Positions 1-13,303 of a DNA stretch of 64,000 bases are shown here, in pieces. The notes below the pieces were generated by a model, which made no database searches, had not been told where the DNA came from, and saw only the letters and a program-made list of their open reading frames with translations. This DNA is from Octopus sinensis. Its lineage: Eukaryota. How positions within the stretch are numbered: the stretch's first letter is position 1; every line of letters starts with the position of its first letter. The stretch lies in contig NC_042997.1 in NCBI RefSeq assembly GCF_006345805.1, positions 152,458,001 to 152,522,000 on the forward strand, written 5' to 3'. Made by a program: the position numbers and the translations under genes.

Positions 1-87
1 GTAAAAACGCATTTCAGTTTTATATATAGAGAAGATATGTACTCACACGCACACGCACGAGTATATATTTACATATATACAAAAAAG

Positions 88-500
88 CATACATTCATAT
101 GTACATATATACCAGTAAGTATACACACATGTACATATATACATACACATATACATATATACATATATATATACACACACACGTACAGACATACATTCGT
201 ATGTACATTCATATCAGCAAGTATACACACATGTAAATATGTACATACACATATACATATATACATATATATATACACACACACGTACAGACATACATTC
301 GTATGTACATTCATATCAGCAAGTATACACACATGTAAATATGTACATACAGATATACATACATACATATACATACACACACATAAGCACACATGCACAC
401 ACACACACATATATACATACATACACACATACACACACGCACATACATACATACATACATACATACATACATACATACATACATACATACATACATACAT
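88..500. repeat. ~102-bp tandem duplication of TA/CA-rich sequence followed by (TACA)n
   Basis: acgtacagacatacattcgtatgtacattcatatcagcaagtatacacac recurs at 181 and 283 (period 102). Pure (TACA)n follows at ~440-500. Confidence 0.85.
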
Positions 501-856
501 GAAAATCAGAAAACTTCTCCAATAAAACACAGTAAATACCAACAAAACACAAATGTTATCACTATTGATTCCCCCCAGAACAAGGCTGCAATATAAATCT
601 TTATTCTTTGACAGGATTAAAGCTTAAATCTCACGAAGGAGTCGAAGTAACCGGCATAGAACAACTTAAAGTAATTAGACTAACTAGATTTTGGCTGTTA
701 TCGTTCTCTTCAGTTTGAATACTTCATTACTAATTTAGTCCTGTATCTGAATAGCGAAATAATGCGTCATATTTGTTGGAACGTATTAAATGCGTGTAAA
801 TGTCTGAGTGACGTGGTTGTGTGTATGTGTTTGAGAATTAGCATGGCTAGGCGGAT

Positions 857-1306
<450 letters not shown>

Positions 1307-1781
1307 CTGACGGTGACTGAATCTGGGAAAAGAAAGAACGAGAGGAGATGATGTTTGCAGTTCTGGTTAAGAAATTCTCTTGTGTTTAGGTGTTAAGCCG
1401 AAACAACGTTGAATGGATTGTCTCGCACAGAAACGCACCATAATGCTTGCAACGTATTCGAACACATGTTCCGTGAATATGCAGTCGAATATCTTAACTA
1501 TCCAGTCATTGAATTTCTTAAAATAACTACAGAATTCTCTTCACCTCATTTGAAGAAATTCAATTTTGTGTTTTACATTATCTTTAACAAACGGGGAAGG
1601 AAGGGGATGATGATCTCTAGGTCAGTAAAGTCTGTGCAAATGGATAACTAAACGCCCTCCAGCTGTGACCATCCTTCCTTATAGCGGTATGCTATCTAAT
1701 GTAGGAAGCAGAGGCGTAACCAGGTTCTGAAGTTGGAGAAGTGGCGAGCGCATAAAAGGAAAAAAATGGGCCTCGTATCAC

Positions 1782-2097
1782 ATCTTTATCTTTTACTTGC
1801 TTCAGTCATTTGACTGCAGCCATGCTGGAGCACTGTCTTGAAGTGTTTTAGTCGAACAAATCGACCTCAGGACTATTTTTAAATCCTAGTACTTATTCTA
1901 TCGGGCTTTTGGCCGAACCGCTAAGTTACGGGGAGGTAAACACGTCAACACTAGTTGACAAGCGATGATAAGGGACACACGCACACACAGAGTCTTATAT
2001 ACAACGGGCTTCATTCAGTTTCCGTCGACCAAATCCACTCATAAGGCTTTGATCGGCCCGAGTCTATCGTAAAAGACACTTGCCCAAGGTGCCACGA
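1782..2097 (-). mobile_element. tRNA-derived CORE-type SINE (family C here), 5'-truncated
   Basis: Reverse complement contains gtggcaccttgggcaagtgtct...gacggaaactgaa...ctccagcatggctgcagtcaaatgactgaagc, matching other family C copies. Confidence 0.85.
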
Positions 2098-2127
2098 AGT
2101 AACAATGTCATTATGTACGAAACCAAC

Positions 2128-2863
2128 AAAGTATCTTCTCAGTTTGGGAGCCAAATTTCGAAAATTCAGTTTATTGAAAATTTTAAAATTTGGTACATTC
2201 AGTTTTCAAACTAAATCACAGAAAATATCTCACTTTTTCCAGAAAAATTTTAAAAAAGTTATTGCGATTTAAAGTTTGATAATTTTCACCCAGTCAGAAA
2301 ATAAGATTTGGAAGCTGTCATTTTGTGCAAGACAGCACACGTTGACAAAGGTAAGCAAATGAAATACTGGCGGAATTCTGCTATATGTGCGCCATATAAC
2401 CCCTCAAAACTTTATTATTAATTTTTTTTTTGATTTTCACAAAATTTTTAGGAATTTATATTCTACACATTGGAATTCATACGATTATGTCAAAACCAAA
2501 ACAAAAAATTGGGTAGTGCGTAATTTAAGGCCTATTTAGCTGTTAATTTTAGTACATGTCACCACCACCTCAATGAATAGAGTATATTTGTCAAAACGTA
2601 CTTTCTTGCAGGCAAAAGAGTTCTCATGCTTGGCTTATAACTATGGAAACAAGCATGAATGTATCTGTGGCTTATGATTGGCTAAAATTATCCGAAATTT
2701 GCAAACTTTAAAAGCTATTAATGCTTTATTTATTTATTTATGGCGAAGATGAATTTCAAGGCATTGAGTAACATATGAAACTATATCAATACACCAAATA
2801 CGAAATCAATTTGAACAGAAATTGAAAAGATTGAAAATTGGCAGTCAAACAGTAAAGATCCCT
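2128..2863. mobile_element. Probable non-autonomous DNA transposon with degenerate TIRs
   Basis: Left aagtatcttctcagtttg versus reverse complement of right end aagggatctttactgtttg; AT-rich interior. Confidence 0.35.
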
Positions 2864-3837
2864 TACAACAGCTGATATAGGAGTGACGTTAAGATGAAAC
2901 TCTACGGGATCGTCCAATGTCGAGAGATTATGACGTCAGGGCTGGTTTTGGTTTCTTCAGAAGTCAGCGGCCACCAACACATCACAGGAGATTGAACAGA
3001 CAGTTCAAAAACACGGGAGGTTGGTCAAATAACGTAAGGACTTCAGAAAGTTCTTCCTTGGCCATGCGATAAACAAAACAAAATGAAATTCAATTTTTAT
3101 CGCACAAATGAACTAAGAGTTAGAAAAAATTATTGAAAAGTGCAAATTTTGAAAAATGTGCTTTTCATGAGTGTTCGCTCTCATTGTTCCCTGAACATTA
3201 GTGTCACAGGGCCGGTTGCCAAGTTTCCATAACATGTAAGTGACTGGAATTACAACATTTTTCCCTGAACGGGACACCAATTTCGCGGCAGGGCTTCTCG
3301 TTTACATATAAGTGAACTTGAGCAACATAAAGTTTTTTTTTACTATACCCAATCCTTATTGATAACTGTATGCTAAGAACTTGAAAAAGATTTTGGCTGC
3401 TATTTTTAGCTCTTCCAGTGACCACATACAAGCTCAATCATTCTTGTCTCGTGTAGCTAGTTGGAGAAAGTGAATTTCGCAGCTGCAAAAGTTATATTGA
3501 CTGATGTTTTTAATCTTTATATAACTGTTTCATGTCAAGAAATTATTAATTTAAAAATGAATACTGAAAAAGAAAATTGAAAATATTCTTAACCATAGCA
3601 ACGTTATATCTTGCCTTTCCCTCTCACTCTTTTCACTTTTTAACTCCATCCCTCTTTCTCTTTTTCTGTCTTTCGTTCTTATTTTTTCATCTGTTACACA
3701 CTATTTCTCACTCACTCGCACTATATCACTTAAAATACGAATGAGGAATAATGGCACACTTGGAAGAACGTCGGTCAGTATATATATTTGGTTACATCCC
3801 GTATAGATCCATTTAGTTTAATGTGCTTAAAATATCG

Positions 3838-4455
3838 GTTTCAAATTTTGGCACAAGGCCAGCAATTTCGTGAAAGGTGGGTTAAGTCGATTACATCGAC
3901 CCCAGTGCTCAACTGGTACTTATTTTATCGACTCCGAAAGAATGAAAGGCAAAGTTGACCCCGGCGGAATTTGAACTTAGAACGAAATATCTATTTCTTT
4001 ACTACCCACAAAGGGCTAAACACAGAGAGGACAAACAAGGACAGACAAAAGAATTTAGTCGATTATATCGACCCCAGTGCGTAACTGGTACTTATTTAAT
4101 CGACCCCGAAAGGATGAAAGGCAAAGTCGACCTCGGCAGAATTTGGGCTCAGAACGTAGCGGCAGACGAAATACTGCTAAGTATTTCGCCCGGCGTGCTA
4201 ACGGTTCTGCCAGCTCGCCGCCTTACAATGTGTTTAAAACACTGGTTTCAAATTTTGGAAAAAGACTAGCAATTTTGAGGAGGGGGGAAGTCGATTACAT
4301 TGATCCCAGTGCTCAACTAGAACTTATTTTCTCCACCCCGAAAGAACGAAAAGCAAATTTGACCTAGGCAGAATTTGAACTCAAAACGTAAAGACGGACA
4401 AAATGCTGCTAAGTATTTCACCAGGTGTGCTGACGATTCTGTCAGTTCGCCGCCT
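3838..4455 (-). mobile_element. Array of tRNA-derived SINEs with Deu/Nin-like domain (family N here)
   Basis: Repeated cgaccccgaaaggatgaaaggcaaagtcgacctcggc...gaatttgaactcagaacgt. Heads at ~4222 and ~4455; one internal Tx1-type tail at ~3990-4060. Confidence 0.9.
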
Positions 4456-7419
4456 TATAATGTGTTTAAACTATTGAGACCAACATAATCAACTCTATTC
4501 TAAAATACCATGCAATGCAGTGCTCCAGCATAACCACAGTCCTATGACTAAATTCAAGTAAAGATTATAATTATTGGATTATGTAGTCCTAGGTGTACCG
4601 TGGAACGATCATGGCTGAGATGCTTTTGATTATAAGTATGTTCGATCAAGATTCATCTGGGAAGAAAACAAGGTACTAGCAAGTATCAGAATGCATCATA
4701 TAAATGGGTTCTTCTTTAACGTGCAGCCTATTGCAGTATCTATAGTCTACGCCGTGAAAGGACCTGATTTGGGTCAGTGTTATGTCTTAGAGTTACTCTG
4801 CACGCTAAAGTGTAAATTGAGTGTACTTGTATACAAGCTGAATAAAATAATGATTTTTAAAATTGTTTTAAAATGTTACGTATGCTTTATTCAGTTTACA
4901 GACAGACAACACAAATTATTATAAAGCAGCTTAAGTAATCACTATATTATTATTTTAAACCCCAGTAAGGGTGTTGAAGAAGCAGAATCTATAAAATGTC
5001 AGAAAAATGACTTTGATGTCTGTCTGAGTTCAAATTCTACCGGAGCTCTTTATCCCTCTAGGGTCAATTACATGAAATACCAGTTAAGTACTAAGAGCCC
5101 CTTCCCTCAAAATTTCTAGTCTTGTGCTTAAATTAGAAACCATTATTCTAAACTTCACTATTTGAAAATCTTAGTTATTTGATATACCAGATGTAGATAA
5201 GAGAAAACAGATTTAGTAGATGCTTGTTGCCTTTTCTCTTTTAGATTGATGTAATTAAGATGTATCAAAACATATATATCTTGTAAATATTACTAAACTA
5301 TACAACACTTGCTAGTCATCTTTAGTAGCTTGTACGTAACATCACTTAAGTTCAGTTAAGTTAAATGCTTTTCCATTCTTATTAACATAGAAGAAATAAT
5401 CAGATCAGTATGTAAGCATGTATTTATGTATGTAATTAAAAAATATTTTCATCCTATGTACATTGGTACATGTATATTTTGGGGGATGGGTTCAACGAAA
5501 CAAAGTTCGCTATTCGAAATGATATAACAGCAAAATGCTATATGGTGAACTGTAAAACATTTCTTGCATATTTTCAGTTTCGCTTACATATTGAATGTAC
5601 ACAGTACGTGTTAGCTACTTTCTTTGCTTGAGAACATCAGCTTTTCGTGATTATTACTTAAACACGTAGCAACATAACTAAGACGCCAATGAATTTGGGT
5701 ACAAATGTAAATTTATAATCTTGGTTTCGAAGTAGTTGTTTACAAAAGATCTCTTTTTGACTAATTTCGAATGTATGTGCGTAGATAGAGAAATATTTAT
5801 AAACATGTTCCTGACTGGAGTTCGAGAGTTTGTCGGCCGTCTGCTCGAGATGTAAAAAATATATACAAGACAAACTCAGGGTGATCCTGTCTTGTTCTTT
5901 CCGTCAGCCTTTAAATCTAAATCTTGCAAATTCCTGATTCCTATGTATGGTGAACATCTATGGCAGCAGTCCCTAGCAACCATTTCTTCGATTGGCATTT
6001 CGCAAAAATCCCTTCCGAATATTTTGCAAATAAATAAACAAAACCAAGAATCGTTATTTTAATCAGTCAAAATCTAATCTTGCATAGTGGTTTATAATCC
6101 ATGTTTTGTACGCTATTCCTTTTCGATATTTGCGTGGACTATTTCCCCCTGGATGAAAGTTTTACGGAAATCGATGAAAAAGAATATTTATAATGAAATT
6201 GTATTTAGATTTATAGTATTAGAGAATGTAAATAAAAGAAATTAGAACAAAGAATAACATCAGAATTTTAATTTTTTTAGAATACAATTAACTTCATCAC
6301 TGGTGTTAACGAATCAAACATGTACTTTAATTTCAAGATTAAAAAACAACAACAACAAAGAAAGAAAAAGCAAATGTAGAATAAATTATTATATCCAATA
6401 AATTATTAAATCCAATAAATAATGGTTGCATTGTGCTTCAATAGATTTTGCTATCTTAAAATATCAGCTTCGATATTTGATAAAGAGAACCTCATAACTT
6501 CTTTTCTTTACATACTCATAATTTACTTCATTCTTTACTGAAACCTATCTAAACCAGATATGAGAAAGGAAAAGCTAACAGCAAAAACTTCAATTCCTTC
6601 AAAAGACGGGTATACATCTTATAGATTAAACCATAATTCTTCATAGCTATTTTGTTGAAATAGAGTCTGAACTTCAAAGACAAATCAGCAATAATATTTT
6701 TTGTATCAGCCTGGAATAGATTTAAAACCCAATCGAGTATTATAAGCATTTTAAGATCTTTAAATGTAGTTTCTATATTTTTCTTAAATACTTGAAGGTG
6801 AAGATAGAAATATTCTGGTTTTGTTAAGTAAATTACCTATTAAACATAAACTACCAGCATGTGTTCCGCAAATGTCGACCGGGACATGACAGTAGTCCCT
6901 GTTAGCTATACTGATGTTCTAAATTGACATTTGGCTAGCTAATAAATCTGATTATTCTTTCTTTTGTTTAAAGAAACATCTTGTTCCTTTGCTAAAAAGT
7001 GTGACATCATTTCATTTGTTAAATATCAGAAAGATAAGCAATAACTGCTTTCTGATTTCATGATCCTAAAATATTATCTTGACCACAGTTAATGAAGTCC
7101 AAGAAGTAAATCGTAAAGTTTATGAATATATTGCAGATAGTTTCCTTTTGATAACTATCTATTCTCAGTATGTATATGAAGCTGTCTAAATCCTCTCTCG
7201 TTTCCATGGCCATATTAGTGAAATATATGTATATTTAGCGAGAGAATTTTAAAATCTTATTAACAATTTTGATTACAACTTAAGTTTCGTGTTATCTATA
7301 ACTAAAATGCTGTGCAGTTAAATGTTACATATGAATTACACAGTGGATGGTAAAAATATTTAGAATTGCTCTTAAGTGGATTATAAATCCACAACGACTA
7401 CTAATAACAGAAGTTGCAC

Positions 7420-7632
7420 AGGTTTCAAATTTTGGTACAAAACCAGCAATTTTAAGTGGGGTTGGGGTTGGGGGGTAAATCGATTACATCGCTTCTAGTG
7501 CTCAACTCATACCTATTTTATCGACCTCGAAGGATAAAAGGAAAAGTCGATCGCGACGGAATTTGAACCTCGAACGTAAAGAGCTGGAAGAAATGCTGCT
7601 AAGAATTTTGGCCGACTCGCAAACGATCTTGC
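7420..7632 (-). mobile_element. Family N SINE with ancestral tail
   Basis: ggtttcaaattttggtacaaaaccagcaatt...gctgctaag; head-to-head with the copy at 7675. Confidence 0.75.
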
Positions 7633-7674
7633 CAGCTTTTTGCTTTTGCACATGCAATATTGATTTTAAAATAA

Positions 7675-8250
7675 GGCGGCGAGCTGGCAGAAACGTTAGC
7701 ACGCCGGGCGAAATGCTTAGCAGTATTTTGTCTGCCGCTACGTTCTGAGTTCGAATTCCGCCGAGGTCGACTTTGCCTTTCATCCTTTCGGGGTCGATTA
7801 AATAAGTACCATTTACGCACTAAGATCGATATAATCGACTTAATCCGTTTGTCTGTCCTTGTTTGTCCTCTCTGTGTTTAGCCCCTTGTGGGTAGTAAAG
7901 AAATAGATATTTCGTCTACCGTTATGTTCTGAGTTCAAATTCCGCCGAGGTCGACTTTGCCTTTCATCCTTTCGGGGTCGATAAATTAAGTACCAGTTAC
8001 GCACTGGGGTCGATGTAATCGACTTAATCCCTTTATCTGTCCTTGTTTGTCCCCTCTATGTTTGGCTCCTTGTGGGCAATAAAGAAATAAGAAACGTTAA
8101 CACACCGGGCGAAATGCTTAGCGGTATTTCGTCTGTCTTTACGTCCTGAGTTCAAATTCTGCCGAGGTCGACTTTGACTTTCATCTTTTCGGGGTCGATA
8201 AATTAAGTACCCCTCCCCCAAAATGTTCGGGCCTTGTGCCTTGAGTAGAA
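7675..8250 (+). mobile_element. Family N SINE trimeric array
   Basis: Head ggcggcgagctggcagaaacgttagc. Two Tx1-type tails (~7845-7905, ~8030-8089) are each followed by resumed SINE body; ancestral tail at the end. Confidence 0.9.
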
Positions 8251-9425
8251 AAAAATAACGATTTTAAAATAAATCTCCCAAATTTTGTAAATCGTTTAAC
8301 CTTTTGCATTAATTTTCCTGAAATAGCAAGTGCACATAGGTCAGCAATAAAGTCTCTTTATCATATTCGGTATCTTATTCAAGTTGTAAACAAAATTTAG
8401 TTGTTTTAAGTCACCATAAACCTTGTTTCCAGCGTCTTTTCATTGATTTTAGCCGAGACTAGTCTATTACTAAGCAAAATTATATCAGTTGTATTTGGTA
8501 ACAGCATGCCAAAAATTTCTTTCACAGAAGGTGAAATAATAGTCTGTCTCATGCTATAAGGTTTCTACATTTAGCTGTGAACTTTGAAATTTCGTAAGCT
8601 GCAATAAGCTCTTACCCAACTTTACTTTTTAAAATAGTCTTTAGGCGTGACTGCGTGATAATAATTTTGTTTCTCAGCTACATGGTTCCGGGTTCACTCC
8701 CACGGCGTAACACTTTGGATAAATCTCTTCTACTATAGCTCCGAGCCGACCAAAGCCTTGTGTGTGGATTTGGAAGACGGAAACTGAAAGAAGCCTGGTA
8801 TATAAATGTATATATATATATATAGATGTGTGTATTTTCCCTTGTTAACAATTAACACGGGAAAAATAGATAAATAGTTACCAGGGTAGCAAAAAATCAC
8901 ACAAGTAAAGTGGTTGTAACTCCTAATTTTTAAAGGTAGACACTTCGGGTTTACGTGAAATTTTTTTGTATAATATATAAATAAATAAATGGAGTTTAAC
9001 GCAGGTGTAATTCAAATACTTTTACTTCCAATACATGTTTCGAAGATATCACTGATATTATTCCAAAGGCATAAATGGTGTAAAACAATGTAATATTCTC
9101 TTCGGGAAGTGAAGAAATGAAACTCGTCAATAAGACGTTTATTCATATCTCTAAATGTTGAGTAATGTTGAGTAATTGATAGAAATTCTTTTAGATAAAT
9201 GTAACGACGTGCTTCCAATGTAAAATTGTACTTTATTATGAGTAATAATTTTACACTGCTATATAGAATTTTAAATTTTAGAGTTACTTGACATGAACTT
9301 AATTCTGTTGGAATTGACTTCAGATACAATAACCTTGTTATTAATATTTCTAGAGGGATGGATGGTATTAGCTAAATTAATGTTATTATTAGTAAATGTA
9401 TTAATATTTAACAGGTTGTTATTAT

Positions 9426-9588
9426 GTGGAGGCACAATGGCCTAGTGGTTAGGGCAGCGGACTCGCAGTCGCAGGATCGCGGTTTCGATTCCCAGACCGG
9501 GCGTTGAGTGTGTTTATTGAGTGAGAACACCTAAAAGCTCCACGAGGCTCCGGCAGGGGGTGGTGATCCCTGCTGTACTCTTTCACAC
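9426..9588 (+). mobile_element. 5' part of a third tRNA-derived SINE (family R here), fused to a LINE
   Basis: tggcctagtggttagggcagcggactcgc...gtttcgattcc (A/B boxes). Aligns to the complete copy at 15527-15828 up to ctctttc. Confidence 0.85.
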
Positions 9589-9591
9589 CTG

Positions 9592-10230
9592 GTGGATGCC
9601 CGGGAGGAGGTTTTGAATGAGAAACCTGCCCGGGAAGTGAACCCAGGTGCAAGTTCTCCAACCGGCAGCAAAGGCCATGGAGACGGAGAACCCGGTGAAG
9701 AGGTAGAGGGAGGAGGAAGAACTAAAAGAAGAGCTGGTAGAGCTAAAGGAAAAGCTCAAGCAGGACCAAAGGGTGAAAAAACCAGGAATAGAAGTGGAAC
9801 CGCAAAAGATGGAAACAAACAGCGCACACGGGTGTGTAGGTTCTACCTGAGAGGTTCCTGCTGGCATGGAAAGGAAGGTGCAGGCTTCCGCTTTGCACAT
9901 CGGGGACCCTGCCACAGAGACACGAGGCAGATGGACAAACCATCAACACAAGGAAAAGGGATGGACCACGCACCACTTGCCCCAAAGCGGAGGTACGCAG
10001 ATGTTGTGCGTGCCACAAACCACCAACATGATGTTGTCGAAAGGGCAGCTGCTGAGCAACAATATTTTTTGTGCATGGCACAAAAGATTGTACAGCAGCT
10101 GACCTGGCTTCATCAAACCCAAGCCCGCAGGTGGGACTACCCACTATATACCAGACCACCACCACAGCAAACAGACCCAGGATGGACACCACCGGCAACA
10201 ACGTACACCTCACCTCGATGCTCCTACTGA
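9592..10230 (+). CDS. LINE ORF1 C-terminal part with degenerate CCCH-like zinc finger
   Basis: CRFYLRGSCWHGKEGAGFRFAH. Its stop overlaps the ORF2 start region; the 5' end is probably truncated. Confidence 0.65.
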   Translation: MDAREEVLNEKPAREVNPGASSPTGSKGHGDGEPGEEVEGGGRTKRRAGRAKGKAQAGPKGEKTRNRSGTAKDGNKQRTRVCRFYLRGSCWHGKEGAGFRFAHRGPCHRDTRQMDKPSTQGKGMDHAPLAPKRRYADVVRATNHQHDVVERAAAEQQYFLCMAQKIVQQLTWLHQTQARRWDYPLYTRPPPQQTDPGWTPPATTYTSPRCSY

Positions 10231-13175
10231 ACATCAGAGGACTGCAAACACTCAGTAACAGGACAAAAATCCCGTTCCTGAGAGATTTTGTTGCATGCAA
10301 TCAAGCCTTATGCATAGCACTAACGGAAACGCACCTGAAACCGGATATAGCAGATGCGGAGTTACACATACCACAGTATGCTGTACTACGGACCGACAGG
10401 AAAGAAAGGAGTCATGGAGGTGTTGCTATGTACATCCGTGAGGACCTCACACCCCAGGTCCTCTTGTCATACTCAAACTCGGTGTGTGACACACTAATTG
10501 TACATATTAGGCAACTTGATGTAGTTGTGTGTGCTACATATCGCCCTCCAGATGCCCCAAGCCATGTGGGCAAGTTTGAAGACTGCCTTATAAAAATAGA
10601 AGTTCTAACCACATTAGAACAACACATAAGTGTACTTCTTATGGGAGACTTCAATCTGCCAAATGTCAGATGGCCCGAGGGCCTTTCTCTCCCAGGAATG
10701 ACAAGATGTGAACGAGGACAGGCGAGGTCCCTCCTGAACCTCATCAACACCCTGTACATGGAGCAGGTAATACTCCAACCAACCAGGGCAGGTAACACAC
10801 TGGATCTCTGCTTCACAAATGACATGGATCTCATCCATAATGTGAAAGTGACACCGACACTACTCTCGGATCACAACATGATAGAGCTGACCATGTACGG
10901 GCCAAAAGAGAGCACGGACATGCAGCCTACAAGAAACCCCCAGAATCTTTCCAGCTTGAACTACCATAAGGCAAACTGGAAACAAATTGAGAAAGAGATC
11001 CTCAAACAAAACTGGCCTAAATGTCTCTCCTCGCCAGACATCGACGTGAAACTTCAACAATTCATGTCTGTAATGCAAGCCATATGCTACAAATATGTCC
11101 CAGAGAGAAAGGCCACTGTACACAAGAACAAAATCCCCAGAGAGAGGAAAATTCTAATGAGACGGCGTACAAAATTTTCAAATCGCCTAAACAAACAGAT
11201 TGAAAGCAGTGAAAAGTCCCGCCTAAAAATAAAACTGTTGGAAATCGAAAAATGTCTGAAACTCTCCCATGAAAAGGAAAGAGCAGACAAAGAAGCCTGG
11301 GCTATAGACAACATAAAATCTAACCCCAGAGCTTTCTACAGGTATGCCAAAGAAACAGCTACGGTGCACTGTAGAATAGGGCCACTCCTCGAAAAGGATG
11401 GCACACTTACAGGAAAACCAATGAGGGTAAGTGAAATACTGAATGAGCAATTCAAGAGTGTTTTCACTCCACCCCTTGCACATCTCCAAATCACCAATCC
11501 AACTGACTTTTTTACCACTGCAGATATAAAATCAGAGGCGGCGACGATAGATTACATCGATATAAAGGAAGACGATGTAATCAAGGCTATAGATGAAATG
11601 AAAACAGACTCAGCTACTGGCCCCGATGGATTCCCGGCAATCCTCCTAAAAGCATGTAAGAGAGTCCTAGCAAGACCACTGCAGTTCCTCTTTCAGAGCT
11701 TCCTTGCAGCTGGCAAACTTCCAAGAAAACTGAAGGAAGGTAAAATATGCCCCATTCATAAAGGAGGTAGCAGAGCGGAAGCCAAGAACTATAGACCTAT
11801 CTCTCTGACCTCACACATCAGCAAGGTCATGGAACGAATAGTCAGAAGGAAGCTGATCACCTTCCTTGAAGAAAATGACTTGCTGCCCGACACCCAACAT
11901 GGTTTCCGACCAGGGAGAAGCTGTTTAACTCAGCTCCTACAACACTATGACTGGGTGCTGAAACGGCTGCTCAACCACTCAAATGAGGAAGTGATATATC
12001 TCGACTTTGCAAAGGCCTTTGATAAAGTCGATCATGGAATGATATGTCACAAACTGCGTGATCTCAACATAGTTGGAAAACTGGGAGAATGGCTTCATGA
12101 CTTTCTGAAAGATAGAAGTCAGGTGGTAGTGGCCAATGGGGCCACTTCCATTAACACGCAAATAGTGAGCGGTGTTCCGCAGGGCACTGTTCTGGGACCT
12201 CTACTGTTCATAATGGCCCTCTCAGACATGCCCTCAGCCACGCAGAGAGCCACGATCACAAGTTATGCAGATGATACAAAAGTTTCACAGGCAATACAGA
12301 ACCCTGAGGACACAAAACACCTGCAATGTGAGCTAGACAAAATATACAAGTGGGCCGAAAAGAATAGCATGCAGTTCAATGCTGAAAAGTTTCAAGCTCT
12401 ATACTATCAGCATGCAAAACTAAATGCAATACCCAATGAATACACTGGACCCGGAGGAATAGCAATCCCAGAGGCACAATCAGTGCGTGACCTAGGTATT
12501 TACATGAGTGATGACGCGACCTTTCGTGTACATGTTGCTAAATTGGCAATGAAATGTAGACGACTGGCCGGATGGATCCTCAGAACCTTTAGAACAAGAG
12601 AACAAGAAACCATGATGGTCCTCTGAAGGACACTTGTCCTATGCCACTTTGACAACTGCTCTCAGTTATGGTCACCATCCAGTGTCAAGTTGATCACAGA
12701 GCTCGAGGCGATCCAACGTAGCTACACGAAGAAGATAGCCTCTATGCAGAATGTAAGCTACTGGGAAAGACTCAAGAAATTAAAATTATATTCCCTGGAG
12801 CGTAGGCGGGAAAGATATGCCATAATATACATCTGGAAGATCCTGGAGGGAAGTGTCCTGAACTTTGGCATCGAGAGTTACGCAAATGCCAGAACTGAGC
12901 GCCACTGCGTGGTGCCTAGGACTCCAAACTTGCCATCAAGATGTAGGACAAGATTCTGTGATAGCCTGGGCTTCCGAGGCCCACAGCTCTTCAATATCCT
13001 CCCGAAGAACCTGAGAGACCTGCATGGGGTGGATACAGATGTCTTTAAAATGAAGCTGGATCTCTTCCTGTCAGGTGTCCCAGATGAACCAACTTCACGG
13101 CAGGAGGGGCAGATGAGGGCAGCTGCATCGAACTCTCTCATGCACCAAATAGCAGTTGCTAGAAAGCCTTCATGA
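10182..13175 (+). pseudogene. LINE ORF2 (APE endonuclease + reverse transcriptase) with one premature TGA at 12624-12626
   Basis: LNIRGL, ALTETHL, YRPP, MGDFN, LDLCFT, SDH, GPDG, NYRPISL, QHGFR, LDFAKAFDKV, GVPQG, YADDTK, DLG. ORF 12690-13175 continues in the same frame (YSLERRR). Confidence 0.92.
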
Positions 13176-13303
13176 AGTGAAACCAAGTAGCAACACCAAA
13201 TGGCGGTGCCCCAGCATGGCCACAGCTCATAAGCTGAAACTGGAAAAATCAAAATCAAAATCAAATGTGAAGAGATAATTTGTAAGAGAATAAGTTTATG
13301 TGA

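Larger units (their letters stand above)
9589..13265 (+). mobile_element. CR1/L2-group LINE, near full-length
   Basis: ORF1 fragment, APE-RT ORF2, short 3' UTR ggcggtgccccagcatggccacag and (AAAATC)n tail. Confidence 0.93.

Noticed and set aside
2884-2938. CRE palindrome TGACGTCA with nearby CCAAT
   Set aside because: About one such 8-mer is expected by chance in 64 kb, and no gene is linked.
4077-4367. Recurrent ORF MRNWYLFNRPRKDERQSRPR (also 7599, 37142, 38918, 63791)
   Set aside because: Antisense reading of the family N SINE, not a gene family.
7675-8250. CRISPR-like repeat array
   Set aside because: Units are SINE bodies with near-identical tails, there are no unique spacers, and the context is eukaryotic.
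9426-9500. Possible tRNA-Arg gene
   Set aside because: It is the head of SINE family R and continues into SINE body.
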